64,000 bases of DNA from Bacteroidales bacterium (GCA_016935355.1 JAFGRC010000024.1:2795-66794), one strand, 5' to 3'; positions 27,605 to 39,464 are shown, counted from the stretch's first letter. Notes: generated from the letters alone by a model not told the origin. Program-made: numbers and translations.

Positions 27605-29980
27605 ATGAATAAACTCATCATTATATTTATAATAATTTCTATTGTTTCTTCAAAACTTGTTTATTCCCAGAAAATAAAAACAGACGGAAATGTATTTGGA
27701 CATGTTGTAAGCAATGGACAGCATATTCCATATTGCAGCATAGCGGTCAAAGGAACAGTCATAGGTGTCGTTTCTGATGAAACAGGTCATTATCAGCTTA
27801 TTAACCTGCCATTAGGCACACATACCCTTGTCGTAAATTGCATCGGATATAAAACGGGTGAACAAACCATCACGATTGAAGCAAACAAAACTCTTGAGGT
27901 TAATTTTGCACTGGAGAAAGATATACTCCAAATCTCGGAAGTCATTGTTTCCTCAAGCAGAAGCGCACAGAAACGACTGGAGGCCCCTGTTATTGTCAAT
28001 ACCATTTCTCCGAATCTGTTTGCATCAACACAATCATTAACATTCGGTGAAGTCCTTAATTTCACACCCGGATTGCGACTGGAAAACAACTGCCAGAATT
28101 GCGGATTCACCCAGGTTCGCATAAATGGTATGGAAGGAGCTTATTCACAAATACTCATTAACAGCAAACCGATTTTCAGCGGTTTGGCCGCAGTATACGG
28201 ACTGGAGCTGGTCCCTGCAAACATGATTGAGCGGATTGAAGTTGTCCGCGGTGGTGGTTCAGCTATTTATGGCAGTAACGCTATTGCCGGAACCGTTAAC
28301 CTGATTCTGAAAAATCCTGCAGTAAATACATATGAGGTTGGTATAAATACAAATTTTACAGGGGTTGGAATGAACCAATCAAACAGTCCGGCTATGGATT
28401 ATTCAACACATTTCAATACCTCCCTGGTTTCTGAAAATGGGAAAGCGGGTATTACCGTTTATGGTTTTTCACGGGAACGCAAAATGTTTGATGCCAACGG
28501 TGACGGTTTTTCTGAGATTGCCCCTTTGAACAATCTCACAATCGGATCGAGCTTCACATATCGTATAAATAACCACAGCAAACTTGGGATTGATTTCTTC
28601 AATATAAAAGAAGAGCGCAACGGAGGCAACCGGCAGGAATACCCGGTACACGAACGCGATATAGCTGAAGTTGTAAAGCACGATATAAAAACCGCAGCAT
28701 TGAACTACGAACATATATTCAGGGAATATGATTTGTTTTCCACTTTCGCATCCGCACAATATCTGAACCGTGATTCATACTACGGGGCAAACCGTTCTTT
28801 AAAAAGTTACGGCAAATCTTATGATTTCACTTATAATACAGGCGTGCAATATAAAGCTGTTTTTCATAATGCATCATTGGTTGCAGGATTTGAAAATACA
28901 GGTGGCTTTCTTACCGATAAAAAACTTGGTTATCCCGACTATGACAATGCTGTTATTGTGAATGACTCAATTACAGAAGTTCCTCATACAATGAACAACA
29001 TCATCGCCGAACAATCTTCTATTACAACAGGGATTTTCGTTCAATTCGAACGTACAATTAACAAGATCAAACTGGAATTGGGCGGACGGTACGAAAATTA
29101 TAATCTAAAAAACCTCGCAAAAGATAATTACAAAAAAAGCGGTAATATAATCAGTCCGAGAATCAGTCTCATGTACAATATATCTGAATATTTACAGGTA
29201 CGAACCAGCTATTCGCAAGGATACCGTGCTCCGCAGATTTATAACGAGGACCTCCATATTGAGACCTCAGGTTCCCGGCAGGTCATCCATGAAAACGATC
29301 CTGAATTAAAACATGAGAACAGTTACAGCATTATGGCATCGCTTGATCTTAACAAGCGTATCGGGACCGTATATACCGGTTTATTAGTTGAGGCTTTTCA
29401 TACGAGACTCAAAAATCCGTTTTTAAATGAATTTGGTCTGCCCGATGAAAACGGGATCGTGGTTTATACCCGAAAAAATGCAAAAACCGGTGCAACAGTA
29501 TACGGATTCAATTTTGAAGCGAATCTTAAACTAATTGAAAACTTCGGATTTTCTTCGGGTTTTACGATCCAGACCAGCAAATATGATTCGGTTCAACAGT
29601 TTAATGAAAAACATTTCTTCAGAACGCCTGATCATTATGGATTTTTCACAGTGGATTGGGATTGTGCGAAAAGCTTCCGGCTGTCTGTTACGGGAAATTA
29701 TACAGGTAAAATGCTTGTTCCCTATTTTGGGACTGAAACCGATCCGGATCAGGGAGAAATACGGGAGTCCGGACTTTTTTTTGATGCAGGACTGAAACTT
29801 AGATATAATATGAAACTCAACGGATCAACCTTTCAATGGTTTGCCGGAATTAAGAATATTTTCAATTCATATCAGAAAGACTATGACTCAGGAGTCAACC
29901 GTGACCCCGGTTATACGTACGGACCCATTTTGCCACGCACTGTGTATTTCGGGATTAAAATCGGGGACATGCTTAACTGA
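27605..29980 (+). CDS. TonB-dependent outer-membrane receptor (metal-type)
   Basis: Signal peptide, N-terminal carboxypeptidase-regulatory-like domain, plug with ENNCQNCG, RIEVVRGGGSAIYG. Confidence 0.92.
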   Translation: MNKLIIIFIIISIVSSKLVYSQKIKTDGNVFGHVVSNGQHIPYCSIAVKGTVIGVVSDETGHYQLINLPLGTHTLVVNCIGYKTGEQTITIEANKTLEVNFALEKDILQISEVIVSSSRSAQKRLEAPVIVNTISPNLFASTQSLTFGEVLNFTPGLRLENNCQNCGFTQVRINGMEGAYSQILINSKPIFSGLAAVYGLELVPANMIERIEVVRGGGSAIYGSNAIAGTVNLILKNPAVNTYEVGINTNFTGVGMNQSNSPAMDYSTHFNTSLVSENGKAGITVYGFSRERKMFDANGDGFSEIAPLNNLTIGSSFTYRINNHSKLGIDFFNIKEERNGGNRQEYPVHERDIAEVVKHDIKTAALNYEHIFREYDLFSTFASAQYLNRDSYYGANRSLKSYGKSYDFTYNTGVQYKAVFHNASLVAGFENTGGFLTDKKLGYPDYDNAVIVNDSITEVPHTMNNIIAEQSSITTGIFVQFERTINKIKLELGGRYENYNLKNLAKDNYKKSGNIISPRISLMYNISEYLQVRTSYSQGYRAPQIYNEDLHIETSGSRQVIHENDPELKHENSYSIMASLDLNKRIGTVYTGLLVEAFHTRLKNPFLNEFGLPDENGIVVYTRKNAKTGATVYGFNFEANLKLIENFGFSSGFTIQTSKYDSVQQFNEKHFFRTPDHYGFFTVDWDCAKSFRLSVTGNYTGKMLVPYFGTETDPDQGEIRESGLFFDAGLKLRYNMKLNGSTFQWFAGIKNIFNSYQKDYDSGVNRDPGYTYGPILPRTVYFGIKIGDMLN

Positions 29981-30062
29981 TCAATGGTTTATTGATGAAT
30001 GCTTAATTTATCTAAATAACAAATCATGATCTGCTAATGTTCTTGGAACAGTTTTTAAATAC

Positions 30063-30476
30063 TTATGTTGAATTCCCCGGTTTGTTTATCTGAATAATAT
30101 TGTCTGAATCACATTTTCTGCAATGCTGCGCAGGTTTCAGGGTCACCATCGTCTCATTGCAGCTGTGGCACTTATACCAGTAATTTTCTGTAATATAAGA
30201 CCCGCCCCGGATTATAATAGCCTTTCCTTCAATAAAAGCTTTTGCTATATTTTTGCGTGCTTTCTCATACAGGCGGGTGAATGTCGGGCGGGATATGTGC
30301 ATTTTTTCAGCAGCTTCTTCCTGGGTAAGATTTTCATAATCTGCAAGCCTTATGGCTTCAAACTCTTCAAACAACAGATTGACCGATTCCAGCTCACGCA
30401 TGGGAATGCCAAACGGCTTGTACCCTTCCATGGGTGGCATCATGGCAATCCTTCTGCGTCTGATTCGATTCGGCAT
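30063..30476 (-). CDS. DUF134 (UPF0251) HTH DNA-binding protein with C-terminal Zn ribbon
   Basis: EEFEAIRLAD, QEEAAEKMHISRPTF.R, CHSC...CRKC. Confidence 0.9.
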   Translation of the reverse strand: MPNRIRRRRIAMMPPMEGYKPFGIPMRELESVNLLFEEFEAIRLADYENLTQEEAAEKMHISRPTFTRLYEKARKNIAKAFIEGKAIIIRGGSYITENYWYKCHSCNETMVTLKPAQHCRKCDSDNIIQINKPGNST

Positions 30477-30527
30477 TCTTTTTTATTTAAAAGTACAATA
30501 AATTTTTTTACAAATTTAACATATCAA

Positions 30528-30543
30528 ACGAACATAAGTTCAT
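30528..30543. promoter_or_regulatory. Operator variant ACGAACATAAGTTCAT upstream of DUF134
   Basis: 9 bp upstream of minus-strand TAAATTTG -7 box (30511-30518), the same geometry as the 21101 site. Confidence 0.7.
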
Positions 30544-30643
30544 TTAAAATGATTTTTATTATGAATTTGAAAAAAACTGTTTTATGTTGTATAAAAAATC
30601 GGAAATGATCATTACAATATCAGAAAAAATATATATTTGCAGA

Positions 30644-30670
30644 GTGTTACGAAATTTAAAATAATAACAC
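30644..30670. promoter_or_regulatory. NikR operator candidate GTGTTA-N15-TAACAC
   Basis: Perfect inverted half-sites between TATATTTG -7 box (30632-30639) and the nikR ATG. Confidence 0.75.
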
Positions 30671-30671
30671 T

Positions 30672-31073
30672 ATGTCAGTAATCCGGTTTGGAGTTTCCCT
30701 TGAACAGGAAATGCTTGATACTCTGGATGAATACAGCAATGACAATCAACTTGCAAACAGATCCCAGGCAATACGACATCTGATCAACAACAACCTGGTG
30801 GAAAAAAAATGGCAATGCAACCATATTGTAGCAGGTTCCATTACCCTGGTCTACGATCACCATAAACATGATATGTTGAACCACCTGACTCAAATTCAAC
30901 ACAAATATTTTTCCGTCATACTTTCATCGCTGCACTTTCATTTGAATCATGACAAATGCATGGAGATCATTGCAATAAAGGGGAAAGCCGTATTGCTGAC
31001 CAAACTTGCAGATGAACTCATTGCAGTAAAGGGGATACAACACGGAAAACTGACCATGAGCAGGGCCGATTAA
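30672..31073 (+). CDS. nikR: Nickel-responsive transcriptional regulator NikR
   Basis: RFGVSL ribbon-helix-helix, NRSQAIR, VYDHH, QH, HFHLNHDKCME. Confidence 0.95.
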   Translation: MSVIRFGVSLEQEMLDTLDEYSNDNQLANRSQAIRHLINNNLVEKKWQCNHIVAGSITLVYDHHKHDMLNHLTQIQHKYFSVILSSLHFHLNHDKCMEIIAIKGKAVLLTKLADELIAVKGIQHGKLTMSRAD

Positions 31074-31088
31074 TTTTTTTCTCAGTGA

Positions 31089-31115
31089 GTAACACGAAAA
31101 CATAAACAGTGACAC
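31089..31115. promoter_or_regulatory. Possible second NikR site GTAACAC-N13-GTGACAC
   Basis: Same 7-13-7 spacing as the 30644 site; between nikR and the TonB receptor. Confidence 0.45.
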
Positions 31116-31138
31116 CAATTATTATTTGCATTTTTCAC

Positions 31139-33172
31139 ATGTATTTCACAAAAAAAATAAAAACTGCATGGCTTTTTGTTGCCGTAATGATCCCGGTGCA
31201 AAACCTGTATTCCCAGGAAATGCTTATGGACACCATTATGCTGGATGAGATCGTTGTTACCGCGACAAAAACACAGCGAAATCTGAAAGATGTGCCGGCA
31301 AGGATCTCCGTCATCAGGTCCGGGATCATTGAAAACGCGCCGGTATTGGAGCTGGATGACATTTTGAGATTCACCGCGGGGATCAATGTGAACCGTTCCA
31401 CGGGTATTTACAGCCAGAGACCCATGGTTACCCTTCGCGGGCTTTCGGGTGACGAACAATCCAGGACACTGGTATTGATGAATGGCGTGCCCATCAATAC
31501 TTCCGATGAAGGCGGGGTGAACTGGAACCGTATGAATCCGAATGATATTGACCGCATTGAGGTATTTAAGGGTCCTGGCTCCTCACTTTACGGCAACAAT
31601 GCAATGGGAGGCGTGATCAACCTGATCACCAGAATACCATCAACCCCGCAGGAAGTATATGCGGCCATCTCCTATGGTACTTTCAATACCATAAGAGAGG
31701 ACCTGAACATCAGGATCCGTACAGGAAAGGGTTTTTACGGATCGCTATCACAATATTATGTACAAAGCGACGGCTACAATAATATTCCTGAAGAAGACCG
31801 CACGCCGTATGATGTCGCAAGGTCGCTCGAAGAAATCGGCATTTCCGCGAGGGCGGGATTCGATAAAAATCGCTGGTTCAATGCTGAAATGCAGTATGAT
31901 GTTTTCAGGGACAAAAGGGGTGAAGGTTATCAGATTTATACTCCTGATGGCTGTTATCGGAATTTCAACACGAATTTATTACGGGGTAACATAAAAGGCA
32001 GTGGTGAAAAAACACGCTATGACCTGAACCTTTACTATCAGCTGGAGCATTACTATGACGTAAATGAAAAGCTCAGAGGAACGGCTTATACACGATACGA
32101 TGTGAATTCTTTTCGTGTGGATATGGGGTTACTGTTCAGCATCAGCAGGGAATTGACTGAAAACAATACGTTGACCGGAGGATTTGAGTTGAAGCAGGGA
32201 AGCATTAAAGGGGGAGATTACTATCAGACAGAACCCTATGATACGGTCTACAATGCAGGAAAAATCCGTACCCTTGCAGGTTATATCCAGGATGAACATG
32301 CATTATTCAAAAATAAAATAAGGCTCATTGCCGGTTTACGCTTTGACCGGGTCACATTTGCCGACGGTGAATTTTATACTACCGACCCATGGAACACAAC
32401 ACCGGAACTGACCGATCACACATGGTCGGAAATATCACCCCGTCTGGGCCTGCGTTTTAATTTCATCCGGGAAGTCAGTGCCTATGTATCCTACTCTCAC
32501 GGTTTCAGGGCTTCCATTTTGGATGATCTTACCCGCACAGGCTGGATGTGGGTTGGTCCGAAATATGCAAATCCCGATCTGGGTCCCGAATCCATTAACA
32601 ATTATGAAACCGGACTGGATATCACACCCGTCATTAATATGAAAATATCAGCATCAGCTTATTATGCCAAAGGAGATGACATGCTGTATTATGTTACCAC
32701 CGGTGACAGCCTTTTCGGCCGTCCCATTTACATCAGGGAGAATGTTACCTCTGTAACGATGAAAGGTCTGGAATTTGAAATGAATTACGAACTTCTGAAT
32801 AATATTAACCTGCTGGCCAGTTATAATTATGCAGATTCTAAAATAGGTACTTTTGCCGAAAGACCGGAGCTTGTCAATAAACAACTGTCCTATGTGCCCA
32901 AACACAGGGCCTCCGTAACAGTACTCTGGAGAAACAAGATTGTCAACTTAAATATCAGGGGATTGTATAAAGGTGACCAATTTGGCAATGACTTAAATAC
33001 TGAAATAATTGACTCTTATGTCACTTTTGACGCACAGTTATCCCGGTCAATTAAGCAGAACTTTACCGTTTCACTGGATATTCAGAATATCCTTGACAAC
33101 CGGCACATGGAAACAATTGACTATATCGCACCGGGGAGAATCATGTCCTGCAGAATGGCTGTCAAGTTTTAA
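31139..33172 (+). CDS. TonB-dependent receptor
   Basis: LDEIVVTATKT TonB box, RIEVFKGPGSSLYG, terminal Phe. Confidence 0.92.
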   Translation: MYFTKKIKTAWLFVAVMIPVQNLYSQEMLMDTIMLDEIVVTATKTQRNLKDVPARISVIRSGIIENAPVLELDDILRFTAGINVNRSTGIYSQRPMVTLRGLSGDEQSRTLVLMNGVPINTSDEGGVNWNRMNPNDIDRIEVFKGPGSSLYGNNAMGGVINLITRIPSTPQEVYAAISYGTFNTIREDLNIRIRTGKGFYGSLSQYYVQSDGYNNIPEEDRTPYDVARSLEEIGISARAGFDKNRWFNAEMQYDVFRDKRGEGYQIYTPDGCYRNFNTNLLRGNIKGSGEKTRYDLNLYYQLEHYYDVNEKLRGTAYTRYDVNSFRVDMGLLFSISRELTENNTLTGGFELKQGSIKGGDYYQTEPYDTVYNAGKIRTLAGYIQDEHALFKNKIRLIAGLRFDRVTFADGEFYTTDPWNTTPELTDHTWSEISPRLGLRFNFIREVSAYVSYSHGFRASILDDLTRTGWMWVGPKYANPDLGPESINNYETGLDITPVINMKISASAYYAKGDDMLYYVTTGDSLFGRPIYIRENVTSVTMKGLEFEMNYELLNNINLLASYNYADSKIGTFAERPELVNKQLSYVPKHRASVTVLWRNKIVNLNIRGLYKGDQFGNDLNTEIIDSYVTFDAQLSRSIKQNFTVSLDIQNILDNRHMETIDYIAPGRIMSCRMAVKF

Positions 33173-33197
33173 AAATCGTGTTCATTCCGAATTCAAT

Positions 33198-34289
33198 ATG
33201 AGAACAATACAATATCTGATCCCGTTCATTTTATCCGCCCTCATCATGGGGTGCAAAAGCAATCCCTTATCAAATCAGGATGGGGAAACAGCTGTCACGG
33301 ACATGCTGGGAAGGCAGGTCATGATCCCGTCCGCTGTAAATAGAATAGTGGGATTGCGTGCAGGGGCATTGCGACTTCTGGTTTATATGGATGCAGTTGA
33401 TATGATTGCAGGAGTTGAAGAATCTGAAACAGATGAAACCAGACCGTATTTGCAGGCGCATCCGTCATTGAAAGAGTTACCTGTGGTCGGTCCCTCCATG
33501 GGCGGTGATGCCGAACTGATCGTAAAAATAAATCCCGATGTCATCTTTATCAGCTATACCACAAAAGAGGATGCTGATGCCCTCCGGCATAAAACCGGTA
33601 TACCGGTAATTGCCGTTGAATGTCCTGAGTTCGGTACGGAACGTGATATCCTTTATGCATCTTTATCCCTGATCGGCAAAGTACTGAACAAGGAACAGCG
33701 GGCTGATTCACTGATATCTTATATTGACCGGTCGGTTGAAGAACTCCACAACCGTACAGCAGAAATCCCCGTGCAAAAAAAACCTTCGGTTTACATCGGA
33801 GGTGTTCCATACAGCGGTTCACACGGTATTAACTCAACGCAACCCTGGTTCCCTCCATTCATGTTTGTCAATGCCATCAATGCGGCTTCAGAAATTGATG
33901 AAAGACTTGTTTCTCATGTTAAAGGTACCTATATTGATAAAGAACAACTGCTGATGTGGGATCCTGATGTGTTATTCATTGATGAGTCCGGTTTAAGCAT
34001 GGTCAGACAGGATCTGGCGAAAGGTACAGCCTTGTTCAGCAATTTAAAGGCTGTGCGAAATGACAGCATATTCATACTGCTACCTTATAACAACTATGCC
34101 GTTAATTACGAACTGGTCCTGGCAAATGCCTGGTATGCGGGTAAAATATTATATCCGGACAATTTTGCAGATGTTGAGATCCAGGAAAAAACGGATGAAA
34201 TATTGAATGTTTTTCTGGGCCAGGCATTTTATAAAAAACTGATGAACAACTCATCTGCTTTAAGGCAGCTTAAAAAAGATGAATTCTGA
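33198..34289 (+). CDS. ABC transporter substrate-binding lipoprotein (FecB/BtuF class)
   Basis: LIMGC lipobox, VTDMLGRQV, RIV, INPDVI. Confidence 0.9.
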   Translation: MRTIQYLIPFILSALIMGCKSNPLSNQDGETAVTDMLGRQVMIPSAVNRIVGLRAGALRLLVYMDAVDMIAGVEESETDETRPYLQAHPSLKELPVVGPSMGGDAELIVKINPDVIFISYTTKEDADALRHKTGIPVIAVECPEFGTERDILYASLSLIGKVLNKEQRADSLISYIDRSVEELHNRTAEIPVQKKPSVYIGGVPYSGSHGINSTQPWFPPFMFVNAINAASEIDERLVSHVKGTYIDKEQLLMWDPDVLFIDESGLSMVRQDLAKGTALFSNLKAVRNDSIFILLPYNNYAVNYELVLANAWYAGKILYPDNFADVEIQEKTDEILNVFLGQAFYKKLMNNSSALRQLKKDEF

Positions 34290-35359
34290 TGCCGGAAAGG
34301 ATTATCGCACAATACCGCAATTCCCTGAAAAGGAGGTCATACTTCATCATAACGGTGTCTGCCGTTCTGCTGATCACTATCTATATTGCACTGGTTTCGG
34401 GTTCGGCTGATATCGGCATCAAAGATCTGATCGACCTGCTGCTGGGTAAAGGAACGCCTTTAACATCGCAGATCGTTTTGCAGATCAGGATGCCACGCAT
34501 TACCGGTGCCATCCTGGGTGGCACCGCGCTTGCAATATCCGGTGCGGTGATCCAGAGCCTGTTGAGAAACCCCCTGGCTTCACCTTTCACGCTTGGGATC
34601 TCCGGAGCATCCGCGTTTGGTGCAGCTTTCGCCATTATTGTTCTCGGAGCGGGCAGCAGCTATGCCGGCTCAAATGATATTCCTTTAGTCACACAACCCT
34701 ATCTTGTCACGGGTTCAGCGTTTGTATGGAGCCTCGGCAGTGTTGCCGTTATCCTGCTGTTGTCGAGATACAGGGGAGCAACGCCTGAAATCATCATCCT
34801 TTCCGGTATTATCATCAGCTCACTGTTCGCGGCAGGTATTTCTGCCATGCAATATTTTGCTGACAACGTGCAACTGGCATCTATTGTATTCTGGACATTC
34901 GGGGATCTGGGAAGAGCGTCCTGGAAGGATACACTCATCCTGGTGTTGATACTCCTCCCGGTCCTGGTTTATTTCATATACCAGCGCTGGAACTATAAAT
35001 CCCTGAATTCAGGTGACGATTATGCCAGAAGTCTGGGAGTCAACGTTACAAGGGTCCGGTTGTCGGGTATGGTCGCGGCATCTCTTGCAACGGCTGTCGT
35101 GGTATCCTTTTACGGCATTATAGCCTTTGTCGGACTGGTGGTCCCTCATATTGTACGCCGCATCATCGGAAGTGACGAACAGTTCTTAATACCCGCCGCG
35201 GCTGTTTTTGGAGGAATGTTTTTATTGCTGGCCGATACACTGGCAAGAACCATCATATCTCCGGTGATCCTGCCGGTGGGTATTCTGACATCTTTTATCG
35301 GTGCTCCTTTATTCTTATTTTTGCTGATAAGGGGCATGGAAAAAAGTTACTGGACATGA
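34289..35359 (+). CDS. ABC permease (FecCD/BtuC class)
   Basis: IRMPR, LRNPLASPFTLGIS, ARSLG, FVGLVVPH. Confidence 0.93.
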   Translation: MPERIIAQYRNSLKRRSYFIITVSAVLLITIYIALVSGSADIGIKDLIDLLLGKGTPLTSQIVLQIRMPRITGAILGGTALAISGAVIQSLLRNPLASPFTLGISGASAFGAAFAIIVLGAGSSYAGSNDIPLVTQPYLVTGSAFVWSLGSVAVILLLSRYRGATPEIIILSGIIISSLFAAGISAMQYFADNVQLASIVFWTFGDLGRASWKDTLILVLILLPVLVYFIYQRWNYKSLNSGDDYARSLGVNVTRVRLSGMVAASLATAVVVSFYGIIAFVGLVVPHIVRRIIGSDEQFLIPAAAVFGGMFLLLADTLARTIISPVILPVGILTSFIGAPLFLFLLIRGMEKSYWT

Positions 35360-35375
35360 CTCATTCTTTGACCGT

Positions 35376-36134
35376 ATGAAAATAACTGTCCACGATATTG
35401 AATTCAGCTACAACGGGTCGCCTGCATTGCAAAATGTAAACACGGCAATAGAAAAAGGTGATTTTGTCGCCCTGGTAGGTCCCAACGGTTCAGGGAAAAG
35501 TACTTTAATCAAATGTCTGAACGGCATATTAAAGTACAGAAAAGGAGCCGTGCTCATTGATGACAGACCAATGGATGCTTTCACACCCAATGAACTGGCA
35601 AAAGAAATGGCTTACGTTCCCCAGAGCGAAAACAAAAAATCGGCATTGCATGTTTTCGACGTCATACTGTTGGGCCGTAAGCCCTATATATACTGGAAAC
35701 CTTCTGAGCATGACCTCAGGGTTACCGCCAATATCATGAAAACACTTCATCTGGAAGATCTGGCCATGCGTGACGTGAATACATTAAGCGGAGGACAGCA
35801 GCAAACCGTTTATATTGCAAGGGCACTTGCCCAGGAACCGGACATCCTGCTTCTCGACGAACCTACGGCCAATCTGGATATAAAACACCAGGTTGAGGTG
35901 CTGGAACTTTTAAAAAAACTGGCCAACAACGGAATTACCGTTATTATTGCCCTGCATGACATCAATATGGCGATGCGGTATGCCACCAGAATCATGATGT
36001 TGAAAAAAGGCAGCATATTTGCGAGCGGTGGCAGAGAAACCATTACAAAAGAGAATATTGAAGAGCTTTATGATATTAAAGTGCACATTATCAGGGACAA
36101 TGGCAATATTTTTATCGTTCCTGACAGATCGTGA
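35376..36134 (+). CDS. ABC ATP-binding protein (FecE/BtuD class)
   Basis: GPNGSGKS, LSGGQ, LLLDEPT, LHD. Confidence 0.93.
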   Translation: MKITVHDIEFSYNGSPALQNVNTAIEKGDFVALVGPNGSGKSTLIKCLNGILKYRKGAVLIDDRPMDAFTPNELAKEMAYVPQSENKKSALHVFDVILLGRKPYIYWKPSEHDLRVTANIMKTLHLEDLAMRDVNTLSGGQQQTVYIARALAQEPDILLLDEPTANLDIKHQVEVLELLKKLANNGITVIIALHDINMAMRYATRIMMLKKGSIFASGGRETITKENIEELYDIKVHIIRDNGNIFIVPDRS

Positions 36135-36156
36135 AACAAATTGAGATTATTATAGT

Positions 36157-37269
36157 ATGGACACATATCAAATTAAACCGGTTGGCTTTGTTGTCAATGA
36201 ATTTAATGATCCCGGCGACCGCCATAAAATAAAGGAACAACCGAGTACAATCATCATACATGATATTTTCATTGAAGGACTTCTTAATATCGAAGCATGT
36301 GCGTTTCTTGACATTGTTTATTATTTGCACAAATCCGAAGGGGATCAGTTGTCCGGCACTACACCTTCCGGTGCCTTGCGCGGCGCTTTTGCCTCCCGGA
36401 GTCCCTTACGGCCTAATCCGATAGGCATTACAACGGTAAAGCTCCTGGAACATGATCATAACAAACTGGTGGTAAAGGGACTTGATGCCATCAACCGGAC
36501 TCCTGTAATCGATATCAAATGCTGCGACACATCCCTGTTTGCTGCTGAACTGGATTCGAACTCCGTTCACAATTCCATTCTGATGGCGGACCCGCGGATT
36601 GAGATCAGGAATCATATAATAAATAGCCAGACTGAAATATTGATGTTGAAAGCCGGGCAAATGCACGGACATTATTGTCCGGGGCTCGCGATGGGTGTTA
36701 TGGCAGCAACCTATGCCATGCATGAATTGACGACCGACTCCGACGGTATGGAGGACCTGCTGGCCATCACCGAAACCAACAATTGTTTTTCCGACGGTGT
36801 GCAATTCGTTACAGGATGTTCGTTTGGCAACAATGCGCTGATTTTTAAAGATATAGGCAAAACAGCTTTTACATTGACAAAACGTGACGGCAAGGGCATC
36901 AGGATTTGTTCGAGGCATGAATCAAGAAATGTCATTCAGGAGGCATTCCCCGGTTATCAGCAGTTATATGAAAAAGTGATAGCACAACAGGATCATGATC
37001 CCGGACTGGTAGCAAAATATAAAAAATCAGCACTGGACCGGGCTTTCGGGACTTTATCCCTTCCGTTTGACAAACTTTTTACCGTCAGCCGCATCCGTGC
37101 TGACATCCCCCCTTATGCACCCGTTCATGAGAGTATGGTCTGTTCCGTCTGTGGCGAAAGTGTAATGGCTTCAAGGACCGTCAAACGGAACAAAAAACCG
37201 GTGTGTGCGGTTTGTGCCAGGACACCCTGTAATACACTTACCGGGGAAGGGATCATAATAAACAAATGA
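36157..37269 (+). CDS. TrmO/TsaA-like domain fused to FmdE domain and Zn finger
   Basis: IKPVG...GAFASRSPLRPNPIG...LDAINRTPVIDIK; HGHYCPGL, ETNNCFSDG, GCSFGN; CSVCGE...CAVC. Confidence 0.88.
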   Translation: MDTYQIKPVGFVVNEFNDPGDRHKIKEQPSTIIIHDIFIEGLLNIEACAFLDIVYYLHKSEGDQLSGTTPSGALRGAFASRSPLRPNPIGITTVKLLEHDHNKLVVKGLDAINRTPVIDIKCCDTSLFAAELDSNSVHNSILMADPRIEIRNHIINSQTEILMLKAGQMHGHYCPGLAMGVMAATYAMHELTTDSDGMEDLLAITETNNCFSDGVQFVTGCSFGNNALIFKDIGKTAFTLTKRDGKGIRICSRHESRNVIQEAFPGYQQLYEKVIAQQDHDPGLVAKYKKSALDRAFGTLSLPFDKLFTVSRIRADIPPYAPVHESMVCSVCGESVMASRTVKRNKKPVCAVCARTPCNTLTGEGIIINK

Positions 37270-37585
37270 TTGAAGGTGTTTACTGAAAAACATTATCAAC
37301 AGTATTTTTCCTGACCTTCCTCAAATACCAGTCCTTTTTGTCCTGAAATTCATGAAAACCGTCCGGTCTCATATACGCCTGTCCCTGTAACCGTAACAAA
37401 ATTAGCCAATTTATCCGAACCATCATGAAAGTGACAGATTCAACATAAACGGGTATATACAGCCAGTAAACAGTATAATATCCTGTTCGATATCGTACAA
37501 TACTGTTCAGAATCATAACATTGATACCGAATGCATACACTTGTAAAACACTGTAACATATTGAAATTCTGTTCAATATCTTCTT

Positions 37586-37601
37586 TGGCATGGTTCATGC
37601 A
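37586..37601 (+). promoter_or_regulatory. Sigma54 (-24/-12) promoter candidate TGGCATGGTTCATGCA
   Basis: GG-N10-GC about 47 bp before ATG 37648; near-palindrome TGTTCGATATCGTACA at 37484. Confidence 0.55.
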
Positions 37602-37647
37602 TTGATGATATTACACTGAATAACCTGCAGTATCAAATTAAAGCAAT

Positions 37648-37956
37648 ATGAAAATTACGCTTCAACCCAATGAAATGATCATCAGAGCAGGAAACTCAAA
37701 CCTGCTGCTGAATGGACAGAAGATAAACGGAAAACTGATTGCCACGAATCAGCGGATATATTTTAAAACCATCCGGGAAGACTACAGACAGAATGACAGG
37801 GAAATCATGCCCGGTGAGATCAGTGAGCTGCATTTTTTCAATACCATGTGGGTCTTACCCAATGGTATGAACATCAAGACCAAAAACGGTGGCGAAATTC
37901 ACTTTGAAGTAAACAATCGCAGCGAATGGGCCAAAATCATCACGAAAATGTATTGA
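37648..37956 (+). CDS. GRAM/PH-like small protein
   Basis: GKLIATNQRIYF and terminal EW helix pattern. Confidence 0.7.
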   Translation: MKITLQPNEMIIRAGNSNLLLNGQKINGKLIATNQRIYFKTIREDYRQNDREIMPGEISELHFFNTMWVLPNGMNIKTKNGGEIHFEVNNRSEWAKIITKMY

Positions 37957-38003
37957 CTTGTCCCGTATCTATCGTCAGGAACCGTTAACATCTCTTAAAC
38001 AGG

Positions 38004-39464
<1,461 letters not shown>

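Noticed and set aside
37280-37591. 103-aa minus-strand ORF
   Set aside because: No motif, and it overlaps the candidate promoter and enhancer region of 37648; probably spurious.
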